Below the pieces are notes generated by a model, which was not told the DNA's origin, made no database searches, and worked only from the letters and a program-made list of their open reading frames with translations. This document shows, piece by piece, positions 9,995 to 20,099 of a stretch of 64,000 nt of DNA. The stretch's first letter is position 1. Each line of letters starts with the position of its first letter. Origin of the DNA: Halobacteriovoraceae bacterium (GTDB lineage: Bacteria; Bdellovibrionota; Bacteriovoracia; Bacteriovoracales; Bacteriovoracaceae); NCBI GenBank assembly GCA_963719505.1, contig CAVRCF010000005.1, positions 416,001 to 480,000 on the forward strand. The letters are read 5' to 3'. Both the position numbers and the translations under genes were made by a program.

Positions 9995-10705
9995 TTATAA
10001 AGCTAGGTACACATCATAGGAAGTCGACTTTCCATTTATGCTCATATTTGGATCATCAACAAGTGGCTGCCCTTTAGAAGATCTTTTAATAACCAATCTC
10101 TTAGTTATGGTTTTTAGTTTTTGGGCCGTCTCTTTGGCATCAAGATCCTGACCGACAACCTCTCGGAATATCCGCATCTCTTTTTTGGGTAGTGTTTTAT
10201 CATTTTTCAGTGAATACATGGGATCAAAGTATACGCAGTCATACTCAATTTCTGGAATTTCTTTAGCGTCTCCAAAGTTGAGCTTTAATTCAATATCACT
10301 ATTGGCAATTGCATTTGCAGAGAGAATAAAAGCGACAGGGTGACGCTCATAAGCCTCTACTTCACACCCAAAGGAATAAATGAGTAAGCTATCCCCTAGC
10401 ATGCCAGCCGTAACATCTAGAACCTTAGGCTTTGCGACTCCTTTTTTTAAACCAATTGCTCGGGCCAGAGGCTCTTTATAGATAGAATTTTTAAAAAAGA
10501 ATTTCTTATGATAATCCAGCTCTCCCCTGACATTCGTACAGACAGGATTGGAGTATGGTGAGCGCAACTTAATAATATTACCCTCGAGCTCAAAATCGAT
10601 GTCTAAGTCTTGGTGCAGTCCAATCACTTTTTCAAGATATGGAAAGCGTGTCATAATTGAATCGAGAGACTGAGCCTCAGAATTATCGAAAAATTGCATG
10701 ACCAC
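9995..10705 (-). CDS. rsmJ: 16S rRNA m2G1516 methyltransferase RsmJ-like
   Basis: LARAIGLK, VLDVTAGMLGDS, VYFDPMY, KKEMRIFR, RLVIKR motifs. Confidence 0.8.
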   Translation of the reverse strand: MVMQFFDNSEAQSLDSIMTRFPYLEKVIGLHQDLDIDFELEGNIIKLRSPYSNPVCTNVRGELDYHKKFFFKNSIYKEPLARAIGLKKGVAKPKVLDVTAGMLGDSLLIYSFGCEVEAYERHPVAFILSANAIANSDIELKLNFGDAKEIPEIEYDCVYFDPMYSLKNDKTLPKKEMRIFREVVGQDLDAKETAQKLKTITKRLVIKRSSKGQPLVDDPNMSINGKSTSYDVYLAL

Positions 10706-10768
10706 ATATTAGCAATTATGGTACGTTTTGGGTAAATATAAATGATTAAATAAACAAGCACACATATT

Positions 10769-13762
10769 GTGACAAGGACGGTTATGACAAGCCCTAGAGA
10801 AGACAACTTATTCTATATTGGAACGAGCGATCAAGATATTAAAGATATGCTCCAAACACTGGGTCTCGAAAAACTGGATGACCTTTTTTCTCATATCAAT
10901 GAGGATTACCTCATTAAAGATTTAGACTTACCTGCTCACCTCAATCATGAAGATTTGAAAAAACATATGAAAAAGGTGGCGTCAAAAAATAAGCAAATGA
11001 CAAGTTTTCTAGGAGACGGTCTACAAAATTTCACCATTCCTAAAATCGTTGAAAAAGTTTGTTCTATTCGTGGTCTCACAACTGCCTATACGCCTTATCA
11101 ACCAGAAAGAAGTCAGGGTACTCTTCAATCCCTATGGCTCTACCAAAGTGCAATGAGTAAAATTACAGGTTTTGAAGCGATCAACGCCTCTCTATACGAG
11201 AGATCAACCTGTCTTTTTGAGGCCCTAATGTGTGCGACAAGAATCGTGAAGAATTCAACAACTGTGATTGTTGCAGACTCCATTTATCCAGGTGATAAAG
11301 AAGTTCTTGAGACACTTAGAGCTGAGACATTTTTAAATATTATCTACGCTCCAGTTGATAAAAAAACCGGGACAACTGATATTGGCAAATTAACTGAACT
11401 TATTAAGACGACTGAAAACCTTGCAGGTGTGGCTTTGGCCCAACTCAATAGTTTTGGCTGTGTTGAGCACTTTAACGAAGTGACAAATTTAGTGCAAGCA
11501 AACAATCTTCAAATGATTGCCATCGTTGACCCTATAGCACTCGCTAATACCGGTCTTAGGGAGCCTGCGAGTTGGGGTGATAACGGAGGTGCAGATCTTT
11601 TGGTAGCAGAGGGTCAGCACTTAACACTTGATCCAAATTACGGAGGCCCAGGCCTTGGTATCTTTGGAATCCGCTACAATGAAAACAATAAAAACTCTAT
11701 CCGCTCAACTGCTGGAAGATTTATTGGCAAGACTGTTGATGAGGATGGAAATCCTTGCAAAGCGATTATTCTATCGACAAGAGAGCAACATATTAGACGT
11801 GAGAAAGCGACGTCAAATATTTGTTCGAACCAGTCATTTATAGCTTCGGCTTGTGGTGCCTCGATCCTTAACCGAGGAAGTATTGGTCTTCAAACTCAAT
11901 TTAATAAAGCGCGAGATATCGCGGCCACTTGTGCTCAGGAACTTACTAAGTTTGAAGGTGTCGAGTTAAAGTTTAATACGCCATTTTTTAATGAATTTAC
12001 TCTTAAAGTTAATACAGATCTTAAAGAACTAATAAAAGCGGGTCGAGAAAAGGACATCGAAATTGGTGTCAATATAAGTGGACGTGGTTCAATAAATGAA
12101 GACCTTCTTCTTGTGAGCTTAAGTGACAAGCACACGCTCAAAGAAGTGAATGAACTTACTCGTTTTTTTGCTGACCACTTTAAAAAAGGCTCCATCTCAG
12201 GACAGGTCCCAGGCCTAAACGAAGAGTATAAACGTCTGTCAAAATATGATATTCCACAGTTCGATACAGAAACACTCTACGAGTATTACAAAAAGCTTGG
12301 AAAACAAAATCTCTCTCCTGATGAAGGAATCTATCCTCTTGGAAGTTGTACGATGAAGTATAACCCTGAGATAAATGACTGGGCCGCAGGTCTTCCAGAA
12401 TTTACACAAACACATCCACAATCAAATGAAGAAGATGTTCAAGGAAATTTAGAGGTCCTTTTTGATATCCAAACGTGGTTCAAAGAAATCACAGGTCTTC
12501 CAGCTGTTGCCATTCAACCCGTTGCAGGGGCTCAAGGTGAGCTGGTTGGTTTAAAAATGTTTCAAGCCTATCACAGAGATAACGGAGAGGGCGATTCAAG
12601 AAATATTGTTCTTATTCCAAGTTCTGCTCACGGAACCAATCCAGCGACAGCAACGATGGCCGGTTTTGTAACAAAGAAAGTTGATGGCGAACAAATAGGA
12701 ATCGTTAATATCGAAGCGACAAGTTCGGGAAAAATGAACTTTGATCAAATTAAAGATCTTGTAGAAAAATATGGAAAAAGAATTGCGGGAGTCATGGTCA
12801 CAAACCCCAATACTGCCGGAATCTTTGAGACTGACTTTGCAAAGATGAGTGAGCTTATCCACTCAGTCGGTGGTCTGGTCTATATGGACGGGGCAAATAT
12901 GAATGCCATAGCCGGATGGGTTGATCTTCAAAAGCTTGGGGTCGATGCTGTTCATAATAACCTTCATAAAACTTGGTCTATCCCCCACGGTGGTGGCGGC
13001 CCAGGTGACGCTATTGTTGCGGTCAGTGAAAAGCTTATTGACTATATTCCAGGAACTCAGATTACCTTTACTAATAACGTCTACAAAATGAACAAGCCTC
13101 TTATGAGTATTGGATCATTTCACAGACACCACGGAAATTTCGCCCACAAAGTTCGTGCCTATGCTTATCTTTTAGCTCTTGGAAAAGAGGGTGTTAGAAA
13201 AATGAGTGCCGTTGCAGTTTTAAATGCACGATACCTCTACCATCTTTTAAAAGACACATATCCAACACTACCAGCAGGCAGTGATGACACTCCTAGGATG
13301 CATGAGTTTATTTTAACTCTCAGTGAACAAACCTTTAAGAAGGTTGCTGATTCAGGAACACCTAAAGCTCAAACCATTGGCCGGGTTGGAAAACTCTTTC
13401 TCGATTTTGGTTTTCATGCTCCGACAGTAGCTTTTCCTGAGCCATACGGTCTTATGCTTGAACCAACGGAATCTTATAGTAAAGATGAACTTGACGGGTT
13501 TTCAGAAGTGGTGAAAACCATTCACCGCATGATAGATGAATATCCACAAATACTTAAGACTGTTCCCCACTTTACGCCAATAAATCGAGTCAATGAGCTC
13601 CAAGCCAACAGAATGCCACAACTTTCTGAAGACTTTACCACCACTTTGGAAGAGCCAATAAAAGATAAAGTTGATGCCGATAAACTGCGTAATATGGGGC
13701 AAACACAGATAATTGAAGAGATTTTAAGAGCTCATAAAGAAAAAATGAAAAATATCGAATAA
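10769..13762 (+). CDS. gcvP: Glycine dehydrogenase (P protein), GcvPA+GcvPB in one chain (start may be ATG 10784)
   Basis: TAYTPYQPERSQG, REQHIRREKATSNICSNQ, LGSCTMKYNP, PLP lysine motif NLHKTWSIPHGGGGPG. Confidence 0.95.
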   Translation: MTRTVMTSPREDNLFYIGTSDQDIKDMLQTLGLEKLDDLFSHINEDYLIKDLDLPAHLNHEDLKKHMKKVASKNKQMTSFLGDGLQNFTIPKIVEKVCSIRGLTTAYTPYQPERSQGTLQSLWLYQSAMSKITGFEAINASLYERSTCLFEALMCATRIVKNSTTVIVADSIYPGDKEVLETLRAETFLNIIYAPVDKKTGTTDIGKLTELIKTTENLAGVALAQLNSFGCVEHFNEVTNLVQANNLQMIAIVDPIALANTGLREPASWGDNGGADLLVAEGQHLTLDPNYGGPGLGIFGIRYNENNKNSIRSTAGRFIGKTVDEDGNPCKAIILSTREQHIRREKATSNICSNQSFIASACGASILNRGSIGLQTQFNKARDIAATCAQELTKFEGVELKFNTPFFNEFTLKVNTDLKELIKAGREKDIEIGVNISGRGSINEDLLLVSLSDKHTLKEVNELTRFFADHFKKGSISGQVPGLNEEYKRLSKYDIPQFDTETLYEYYKKLGKQNLSPDEGIYPLGSCTMKYNPEINDWAAGLPEFTQTHPQSNEEDVQGNLEVLFDIQTWFKEITGLPAVAIQPVAGAQGELVGLKMFQAYHRDNGEGDSRNIVLIPSSAHGTNPATATMAGFVTKKVDGEQIGIVNIEATSSGKMNFDQIKDLVEKYGKRIAGVMVTNPNTAGIFETDFAKMSELIHSVGGLVYMDGANMNAIAGWVDLQKLGVDAVHNNLHKTWSIPHGGGGPGDAIVAVSEKLIDYIPGTQITFTNNVYKMNKPLMSIGSFHRHHGNFAHKVRAYAYLLALGKEGVRKMSAVAVLNARYLYHLLKDTYPTLPAGSDDTPRMHEFILTLSEQTFKKVADSGTPKAQTIGRVGKLFLDFGFHAPTVAFPEPYGLMLEPTESYSKDELDGFSEVVKTIHRMIDEYPQILKTVPHFTPINRVNELQANRMPQLSEDFTTTLEEPIKDKVDADKLRNMGQTQIIEEILRAHKEKMKNIE

Positions 13763-13803
13763 TTTTTCTTGCATCTAACTGTGTTCGCGGCGTTAATAGA
13801 AAG

Positions 13804-14619
13804 ATGAAATGGGAAGAAATAGATACTGAAGACTTTTTAAGGCTTAGCCACGACATCTGTGAAAACGATCAAGAGAAGTACTCACTTCTCTATGGTTTAA
13901 GCTTGGGCATAACTGAATTTGGTAGTCATAGACTGTTAAAGTTTAAAGATAAAGCTATAGCTCTTCAGACCTCTCCTCAAAAACCACTTATTGTTAGTGA
14001 TCTCAATCCGGCGATGGCAAAAAGCCTCGCCGCATATATCGAAAATAAAAATGACATCACAGAGATTATTGGAACAAAAGGTAGCGCTCAGCTTGTCATA
14101 GATAATCTGCGTTCAACTCACCCAGAACTTCCAGAGATGCTCATGAGTCAGAAAATTTACTCTTTAAAAAATTTAAATTTGCCAAAGATAGAAAATAAAA
14201 TTATTAAGGCCACAGATGTCCATATTGAACTTGTGGCCAGATGGTTTCATGACTTTATGATCGACACCTATGTGAATCTTGCACCAAAGCCTGAACATAT
14301 GAAAACGTTGGCCCAAACGCGCATCGCCAAAGGTGACGTCTACCTTCTCATCAAAGATGGAACTCCGGCCTCTATGGCCTGCACCACTCGACCGACAAAA
14401 AAGTCCGTCTCCATCAATGGTGTCTTTACACCAATTGAGAGAAGAGGCGAAGGTCTGGCATCTGAGACCGTAGCCCTTTTATGTGAAAAAATGCTTAAAA
14501 AATATGAGACTTGCTCTCTCTATACAGACTCTACAAACCCTACCTCGAATAAAATTTACTCAAAAATAGGATTTGTTGAAGTCTGTGAATCACTTCATTA
14601 TAGAGTCAATTTAGCGTAA
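13804..14619 (+). CDS. GNAT-family acetyltransferase (FR47-like C-terminal domain)
   Basis: VFTPIERRGEGLAS acetyl-CoA motif; LYTDSTNPTSNKIYSKIGF. Confidence 0.85.
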   Translation: MKWEEIDTEDFLRLSHDICENDQEKYSLLYGLSLGITEFGSHRLLKFKDKAIALQTSPQKPLIVSDLNPAMAKSLAAYIENKNDITEIIGTKGSAQLVIDNLRSTHPELPEMLMSQKIYSLKNLNLPKIENKIIKATDVHIELVARWFHDFMIDTYVNLAPKPEHMKTLAQTRIAKGDVYLLIKDGTPASMACTTRPTKKSVSINGVFTPIERRGEGLASETVALLCEKMLKKYETCSLYTDSTNPTSNKIYSKIGFVEVCESLHYRVNLA

Positions 14620-16059
14620 AACCATTTTCCCTTGGTAGAGCTCAACATTTGTCGAATTGTCTCCAAAAGATCTTTTTATATTGAGGGTGTATCTTATTCT
14701 TCTCTTCCTTTTTGTGTAGCGGGAATCAATTCCTAGATCACCGACTCTTATTTCAATTCTATCTGCAAAAATGTCCATTTTAGAGGGTTTAACTTTCTCA
14801 TCAAAGGCAACTCTCCACCCACCAAATGTTCTTCTATAAACAAATTGCAAAGAGACTTCTGACTTCACAATCAAGTTTAGGGCTTCTTTATCGCGGATAA
14901 TGATTTTTAATTCACTTCCATAACCGCTCGTCTGTTGGATTTCAAGGTTACGAAGCTCACTTGTTTTGTAGGCATTAGTAATAGTCAAAATGGTTTCATT
15001 TTCAGTTTCTGTCAGCTTAGATTCAAAAAAGACATCTCCTTTTACTTTATGGAGAATTTTTGTTCCATCGAATTGAAGATCTAAACTCACGACACCCAAT
15101 TCTGAATAATCTCTTTGTGCTTTCCAAACAATAATGAAGTCTCTTTTTGCAAGTTTTATAAATTCACTATAGTTACCAGAGATGATGGATCCATTGGCAA
15201 AAATCTCTTTTCCATTTGTTTTCTTTTTCCATATTTGTTTCGTAAGTTTAGTTTTTAACCGTAGACCTTCTTCAAGATTAATTGTTTTAGAAAAAGTTTC
15301 ACTTGGAATGGCTTCAATATCTTTAACAACCTTTATACTTCCCCAGTATCCATCACGACCAGCTGAACCTCTTGAGCCATCTCGTCCACCGCTTCCGCTA
15401 GAGCAAGTGTATGAAGTAGAGGAACAAACATTTTCTGTATGACAGCTTCTTACAGGAGTACATCTTCTTCTATCAAAACATCTTCGAACGGGAGCGGTTC
15501 TACCATCTTCAGTTCTTGTCTCGCCAGTCGTTTCACATATTCTCTCAGATGAACAGCTCTCAGTATTAGAACAACTCTCAACGTCACGACAAGTTGTGTG
15601 AGACCAAGAAAATGTCGAACAAGAGCAACCGCTTCCTCCATCAGATCCATAACCACCCTGGGCTCCATAGCCTCCGTAGTTTTCAATATATATACTTTTT
15701 AAATCAGCAAGATTTTTATAGAAAACAGTAACAGAACCACCGTCACCACCTCGGCCACCATCTCCACCGTCTCCGCCATCGCCCCCGTCTGCACCGTACT
15801 CATTAGAGTGTCCACGACTTTGATAGCAACTTGATGCCGATGATCCCGCTGAACCATTTCTTCCAGGAGAGCCATTAGTCCCGTTTAAAATAAAAGAGTA
15901 AGAGGCGTCAGCAAACGTGACAACACTCTGGGCATCGGTTCCGCTCGATCCACGGCTTCCGTCACTTCCATCTGATCCGCTATATCCAAAAGATGAAGCA
16001 CTTGAGTTGTTTGCAAATGCCACAAGGCAAAACATTAATAGTAATTGAAAGGTTTTCAT
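14611..16059 (-). CDS. Exported Gly-rich (collagen-like GxxG) and Cys-rich protein
   Basis: Signal peptide; GSDGSDG and GGDGGDG repeats; Cys-rich central insert. Confidence 0.75.
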   Translation of the reverse strand: MKTFQLLLMFCLVAFANNSSASSFGYSGSDGSDGSRGSSGTDAQSVVTFADASYSFILNGTNGSPGRNGSAGSSASSCYQSRGHSNEYGADGGDGGDGGDGGRGGDGGSVTVFYKNLADLKSIYIENYGGYGAQGGYGSDGGSGCSCSTFSWSHTTCRDVESCSNTESCSSERICETTGETRTEDGRTAPVRRCFDRRRCTPVRSCHTENVCSSTSYTCSSGSGGRDGSRGSAGRDGYWGSIKVVKDIEAIPSETFSKTINLEEGLRLKTKLTKQIWKKKTNGKEIFANGSIISGNYSEFIKLAKRDFIIVWKAQRDYSELGVVSLDLQFDGTKILHKVKGDVFFESKLTETENETILTITNAYKTSELRNLEIQQTSGYGSELKIIIRDKEALNLIVKSEVSLQFVYRRTFGGWRVAFDEKVKPSKMDIFADRIEIRVGDLGIDSRYTKRKRRIRYTLNIKRSFGDNSTNVELYQGKMVLR

Positions 16060-16199
16060 TTAGTCTCTCCTAAGAATTTATAAAGTAATTACTAGAAGAG
16101 CAAAAAGCTTGCCAAAAATTTTTATGTCAATACCGTTACTTAATGCGAGACGCAAAGAGACTAGGGTCATAAAGGTTAAGGTTTATGGTTGCGCGTTAC

Positions 16200-17045
16200 T
16201 CATGAATCTTCTTCATCAATGAACTGAACACCAACGCGAAATGAATGAAGACCATCTTCGATAATATTTCTAATAATTCCAATCATGGGTTTATCTAAAT
16301 CTTTTCCATCGATTGCTGTTACCAGTAGTTTATCATTTTTTTGAAACATCTCTTTGCCTGAGATCTTAAAAGCCATTCCACCTGTTGAGAGATCGAACAA
16401 GCTATAAATTAAAACTTTGTCCGAACTATCCAGTAACTTTAAAGTAACCTTTTTCTCTTTTTTGGGTCTGGCCCGAGGTGCCGCTCTTTGCATAGCGAAC
16501 ACTTTATCCTCATCAACCTTTTTCACAGAGTCAAAGGTATCTAACTTGTCTGTTTTAAGATTAGCTGAAACTCGGGAATTGATAACATCTGTTTTTAGGT
16601 TAGCTGACATTCTTGAACTTATTTTATCTGTACCGGCAACGAAGCCAGATAAATTCTTATGTTTAATATGATCAATTTTGGATTCTTTTGTCATATTCTC
16701 GTGAACAAGATGATCAGTGGTATCATGAACGGTAAAGGATTCGCCCACAAAAACGACTTCACTTGGAAGCTCAGATCGAATCCCATTTTCTGAATAAAAC
16801 TTATCAACTTTAAAAATATATTTAGATTTCTTGCAATGAAAAAAGAGTGGTCGATCCAGTTCAAAAATATCATCATCTGCACCGAAGACTATTTCTTGAG
16901 ATCCAATGGAGACAAGAGTGCTTGGCATTGTCACTCGAGATCCATCTATATTTTGCCAAAGTGTAAAAACCTCGCCACTGGCCTTTGAAGTCTTTAAAAG
17001 CGATACAATTTTTTCAAAATGTTCTCTAATACTATATTTTTTAAT
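16200..17045 (-). CDS. PilZ-domain (c-di-GMP binding) protein; start probably ATT at 17045 rather than GTG at 16934
   Basis: C-terminal QRAAPR and DLSTGG PilZ motifs; frame stays open 37 codons upstream to an ATT preceded by AGAGGT. Confidence 0.75.
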   Translation of the reverse strand: MKKYSIREHFEKIVSLLKTSKASGEVFTLWQNIDGSRVTMPSTLVSIGSQEIVFGADDDIFELDRPLFFHCKKSKYIFKVDKFYSENGIRSELPSEVVFVGESFTVHDTTDHLVHENMTKESKIDHIKHKNLSGFVAGTDKISSRMSANLKTDVINSRVSANLKTDKLDTFDSVKKVDEDKVFAMQRAAPRARPKKEKKVTLKLLDSSDKVLIYSLFDLSTGGMAFKISGKEMFQKNDKLLVTAIDGKDLDKPMIGIIRNIIEDGLHSFRVGVQFIDEEDS

Positions 17046-17334
17046 ACAGTAACCTCTGTTTTATAAAGCTCTTCATAACAACTATATTATATGACAAAAC
17101 ATGACTCAATTCCTAAAAATTAATCTCTATAGTATTAAGGATAAGTTATGATTTATTCAATTTCTAGCCCTTTATTCCCTCGAAATATATAAAATGTCTT
17201 AATTTCTTTAGAAAAAAGGAACAAGGCCAAGATTTCATCAAAATAGGCCGTTTTTGACGCGAAAATATTTCAAAAACCTTCATTATTTTACTTCGCATCT
17301 TAATTGGAGTTAAGATAAGACAAAGGAAATTTAT

Positions 17335-18414
17335 ATGCTCAAACCTCTTCTTATTGCACTTATTTCTGTCTCAGCTTGGACACAAGTCCTCGAGAGCAAA
17401 AGAAATTATCTTGGATTTAGACATACCCATGATGGATCTTCTCACCAGGCGATGGCACAGATAAAAAAATATATTAGCCCTGTTATCAATAAAGGACGAG
17501 TCAATGTTTATGAGATCACAGACCCCTCGTTCAACTTTGATCAGGCCAGTGCTCTTATTAAAAATCAGTTTTTTAAAATAGAGCAAAGTGATCTCGTTCA
17601 ATCACCAGAGAGTTTTGATAAAAGTATCTACTCTGAGCTAAAGACTAATAAGCGTATAAAAAGGATCGTAGATAAAGTTAATATAGCCTCATACTCTAAA
17701 TACGTGAAAAGCCTTGTCACCATTGGTGATAGATCAAAAGGCGCAGAAGCATCTACATACCTTATTACTGAACTTCAAAAATTAAATTTAAATCCCATTG
17801 ATACCGATTACAATATCGTCTCAAAGATTGAGGGTTTAAGTTCTGATTCTATTGTCGTGATTGGTCATATGGATACAGTGAGAAGAACTGTAGGTGCTGA
17901 TGACAATGCAAGTGGTGCCTCTGGCGTCCTTGAGATGGCCCGGGTGCTATCCGAACAATTTAACAAATCAAAGCCTCAAAAAACAATTTATTTTGTTCTC
18001 AGTGAAGACGAAGAAGATGGTCTACTGGGAGCGAAGAAGTTTGTTAAACAAATGAAGTCACAAGGACTCCTCAAAGGAGTGAAGCTTGCCATAAATATGG
18101 ATATGATCGCTTACAATCAAAATGGTGTGATCGATCTTGAGACGGATAAAAAATTTAAAGATCTGGCACTTGAATTTTCTAAAGTCGCCAAAACATATAC
18201 GACACTTACGCCGAATCTTGTTCTTAACCCTTGGGGCTCAGATCATGTCCCTTTTTTAAATGAAGATGTTCCAGCACTTTTGACAATTGAGAACTGGAAG
18301 ACACATACGCCTTGCTGGCACAAAAGTTGCGACACTCTTGATACTCTTAATTTTGAATATGCTGTAGAAGTTTTAAAAATGAATGTGGCCATGGTTTTAG
18401 AAAAACTAAACTAA
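17335..18414 (+). CDS. M28-family aminopeptidase, exported
   Basis: GHMD, GADDNASG, EEDGLLG, NMDMI, SDHVPF, WH...DT motifs; signal peptide. Confidence 0.92.
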   Translation: MLKPLLIALISVSAWTQVLESKRNYLGFRHTHDGSSHQAMAQIKKYISPVINKGRVNVYEITDPSFNFDQASALIKNQFFKIEQSDLVQSPESFDKSIYSELKTNKRIKRIVDKVNIASYSKYVKSLVTIGDRSKGAEASTYLITELQKLNLNPIDTDYNIVSKIEGLSSDSIVVIGHMDTVRRTVGADDNASGASGVLEMARVLSEQFNKSKPQKTIYFVLSEDEEDGLLGAKKFVKQMKSQGLLKGVKLAINMDMIAYNQNGVIDLETDKKFKDLALEFSKVAKTYTTLTPNLVLNPWGSDHVPFLNEDVPALLTIENWKTHTPCWHKSCDTLDTLNFEYAVEVLKMNVAMVLEKLN

Positions 18415-19052
18415 TTATTGACTAGCCTATACACAACAACAAAATGCATAACAGCTGCAATTGAGACAAGAGCATGAAAAATTTCGTGATAGCCAAATGA
18501 CTCAGGCCATGGGTTTGGTCTTTTAAGACCATAAATAATGGCACCAATTGAATAAGCGATCCCTCCAAGAATTATTAAAACAACTCCTTCGACTCCTATC
18601 GAAGACTTGAGTTCCCCCAGATATGGGGTAATCATGTATCCAGCGATTAGACATAAGATGGCATTTAAAAATTTTGGAAGATTTGTAAAAAAAATTGATT
18701 TTATTACTCCAGCGATACAAATAGACCAAATGATCGCCAACAGTTTAAAGCTCGTTTCACTTGGAAGACCCAGGCGCGCAATCGGTGTAAAGGTTCCCGC
18801 AATCATTATGTAGATCGCACTATGATCTAATTTTCTGAGAATGGCCCGGGGCTTAACGTCCCAATTAATCCGATGATAAATTGCACTAACCCCAAACATA
18901 CAATAAAGACCCACGCTGTAGATGAAAACAGCTATAGCGTCGCTGAGGGAGTGGGTGTTACTAATAAGGACAATAGAAGCCCCGATAGCGACAAAAAACA
19001 TTTCTTGGTGAATATGCCCTCTTAACAAAGGCTTGTTGATTGAGTCTTTCAT
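18411..19052 (-). CDS. Hemolysin III / PAQR family membrane protein (YqfA/TrhA-like); start taken at ATG 19052
   Basis: SAIYH, LDHSAIY, AGTFTP, HEIFH motifs; 7 TM-like segments. Confidence 0.92.
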   Translation of the reverse strand: MKDSINKPLLRGHIHQEMFFVAIGASIVLISNTHSLSDAIAVFIYSVGLYCMFGVSAIYHRINWDVKPRAILRKLDHSAIYIMIAGTFTPIARLGLPSETSFKLLAIIWSICIAGVIKSIFFTNLPKFLNAILCLIAGYMITPYLGELKSSIGVEGVVLIILGGIAYSIGAIIYGLKRPNPWPESFGYHEIFHALVSIAAVMHFVVVYRLVNN

Positions 19053-19057
19053 TAACC

Positions 19058-19077
19058 CAGTATACACGTGTTTACTG
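19058..19077. promoter_or_regulatory. Palindromic TetR (FabR/DesT-like) operator
   Basis: CAGTATACACGTGTTTACTG, 20-bp near-perfect palindrome 5 nt upstream of the hemolysin III ATG, between the divergent genes. Confidence 0.7.
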
Positions 19078-19157
19078 AAAAATAAACAAAAATTTTAAAA
19101 TTCAATTAAGTCACTGTATTTAATACCTTTTTTATCAAAACTAAGTTAACATAACGT

Positions 19158-19754
19158 ATGAATAGAGCTGAGAAGAAACGCCAAACCCGTTCAAATTTAG
19201 TCGAAGTGGCCCTAAGGCTTAGTGCCGACAAGGGCTTTAGCTCCCTAAGTTTGAGGGAAGTTGCTGTAGGGGCCAATATCACTCCTGCAGCTTTCTACAA
19301 CCATTTTGACGATATGGAGGAGCTTGGTCTGTCCTTATTAGACGAAGTGGCGTTGGGGCTTAGAAAGCTTTTGCGGGATGCTAGAAAAGTGTCTAAGGGA
19401 AAGGTTAACAATCTCACAAACTTTTCCATTCAAACCTTTCTAATCTATATCAACGAAAATACCAATCATTTCAAACTGCTTCTTGGAGAAAGGCAGGGGG
19501 CGTCCTCTAGTTTTAGATCGACAGTTCGATTGGAAATTGATCGATTCGTCTCGGAGCTTACAGAGGATCTTGAACGCATATCAAGTTTAAGAGGTGTGAA
19601 GCTTAGAAATTCTTCCTTTGCTGCAGAGGCCATCGTTGCCGTCGTTTTCAGTGTTGGTGCAGAAGCACTGGACCTACCAAAACACAAACAAGCTGGACTC
19701 GAAGAAAGACTAGTAGAAGAAGTCAATATGATCATGAGAGGGGCGAGAGTCTAG
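19158..19754 (+). CDS. TetR-family regulator, FabR/DesT-like
   Basis: N-terminal HTH SLSLREVA...AAFYNHFDDMEELGLSL; LLLGERQG. Confidence 0.88.
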   Translation: MNRAEKKRQTRSNLVEVALRLSADKGFSSLSLREVAVGANITPAAFYNHFDDMEELGLSLLDEVALGLRKLLRDARKVSKGKVNNLTNFSIQTFLIYINENTNHFKLLLGERQGASSSFRSTVRLEIDRFVSELTEDLERISSLRGVKLRNSSFAAEAIVAVVFSVGAEALDLPKHKQAGLEERLVEEVNMIMRGARV

Positions 19755-19757
19755 ACT

Positions 19758-20099
19758 TTAGCGACAGCTTTTAACTTTTTTGATCGCACTCTTTAAAGTA
19801 ATCTTATTCCAAGGCTCGATTGGGCTAATAACTTTTCCTAGTTCACCTGAACATTTCCAATTACATTTCTCACTGATATCAATACAAAGTTTCATTGTAA
19901 TCTTACCAAGCTTAATACCTTTGGTATTTTTTAAAGAAATTGTGCTTTGAGAAGTGGTGCCCTTGAAAACATCAAAAGTCGCCGATCCTTTTTTTATATC
20001 GGAAACCTTTCCAATGACCTCATAACTTCCCTTCTCAAAGAGAAATTCTACTTCAGCAAAAGAGGAAAATGACAAAAGTATTAACATTATTATTTTCAT
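19758..20099 (-). CDS. Small exported hypothetical protein
   Basis: Signal peptide ending SSFA; 4-nt overlap with the upstream gene. Confidence 0.65.
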   Translation of the reverse strand: MKIIMLILLSFSSFAEVEFLFEKGSYEVIGKVSDIKKGSATFDVFKGTTSQSTISLKNTKGIKLGKITMKLCIDISEKCNWKCSGELGKVISPIEPWNKITLKSAIKKVKSCR

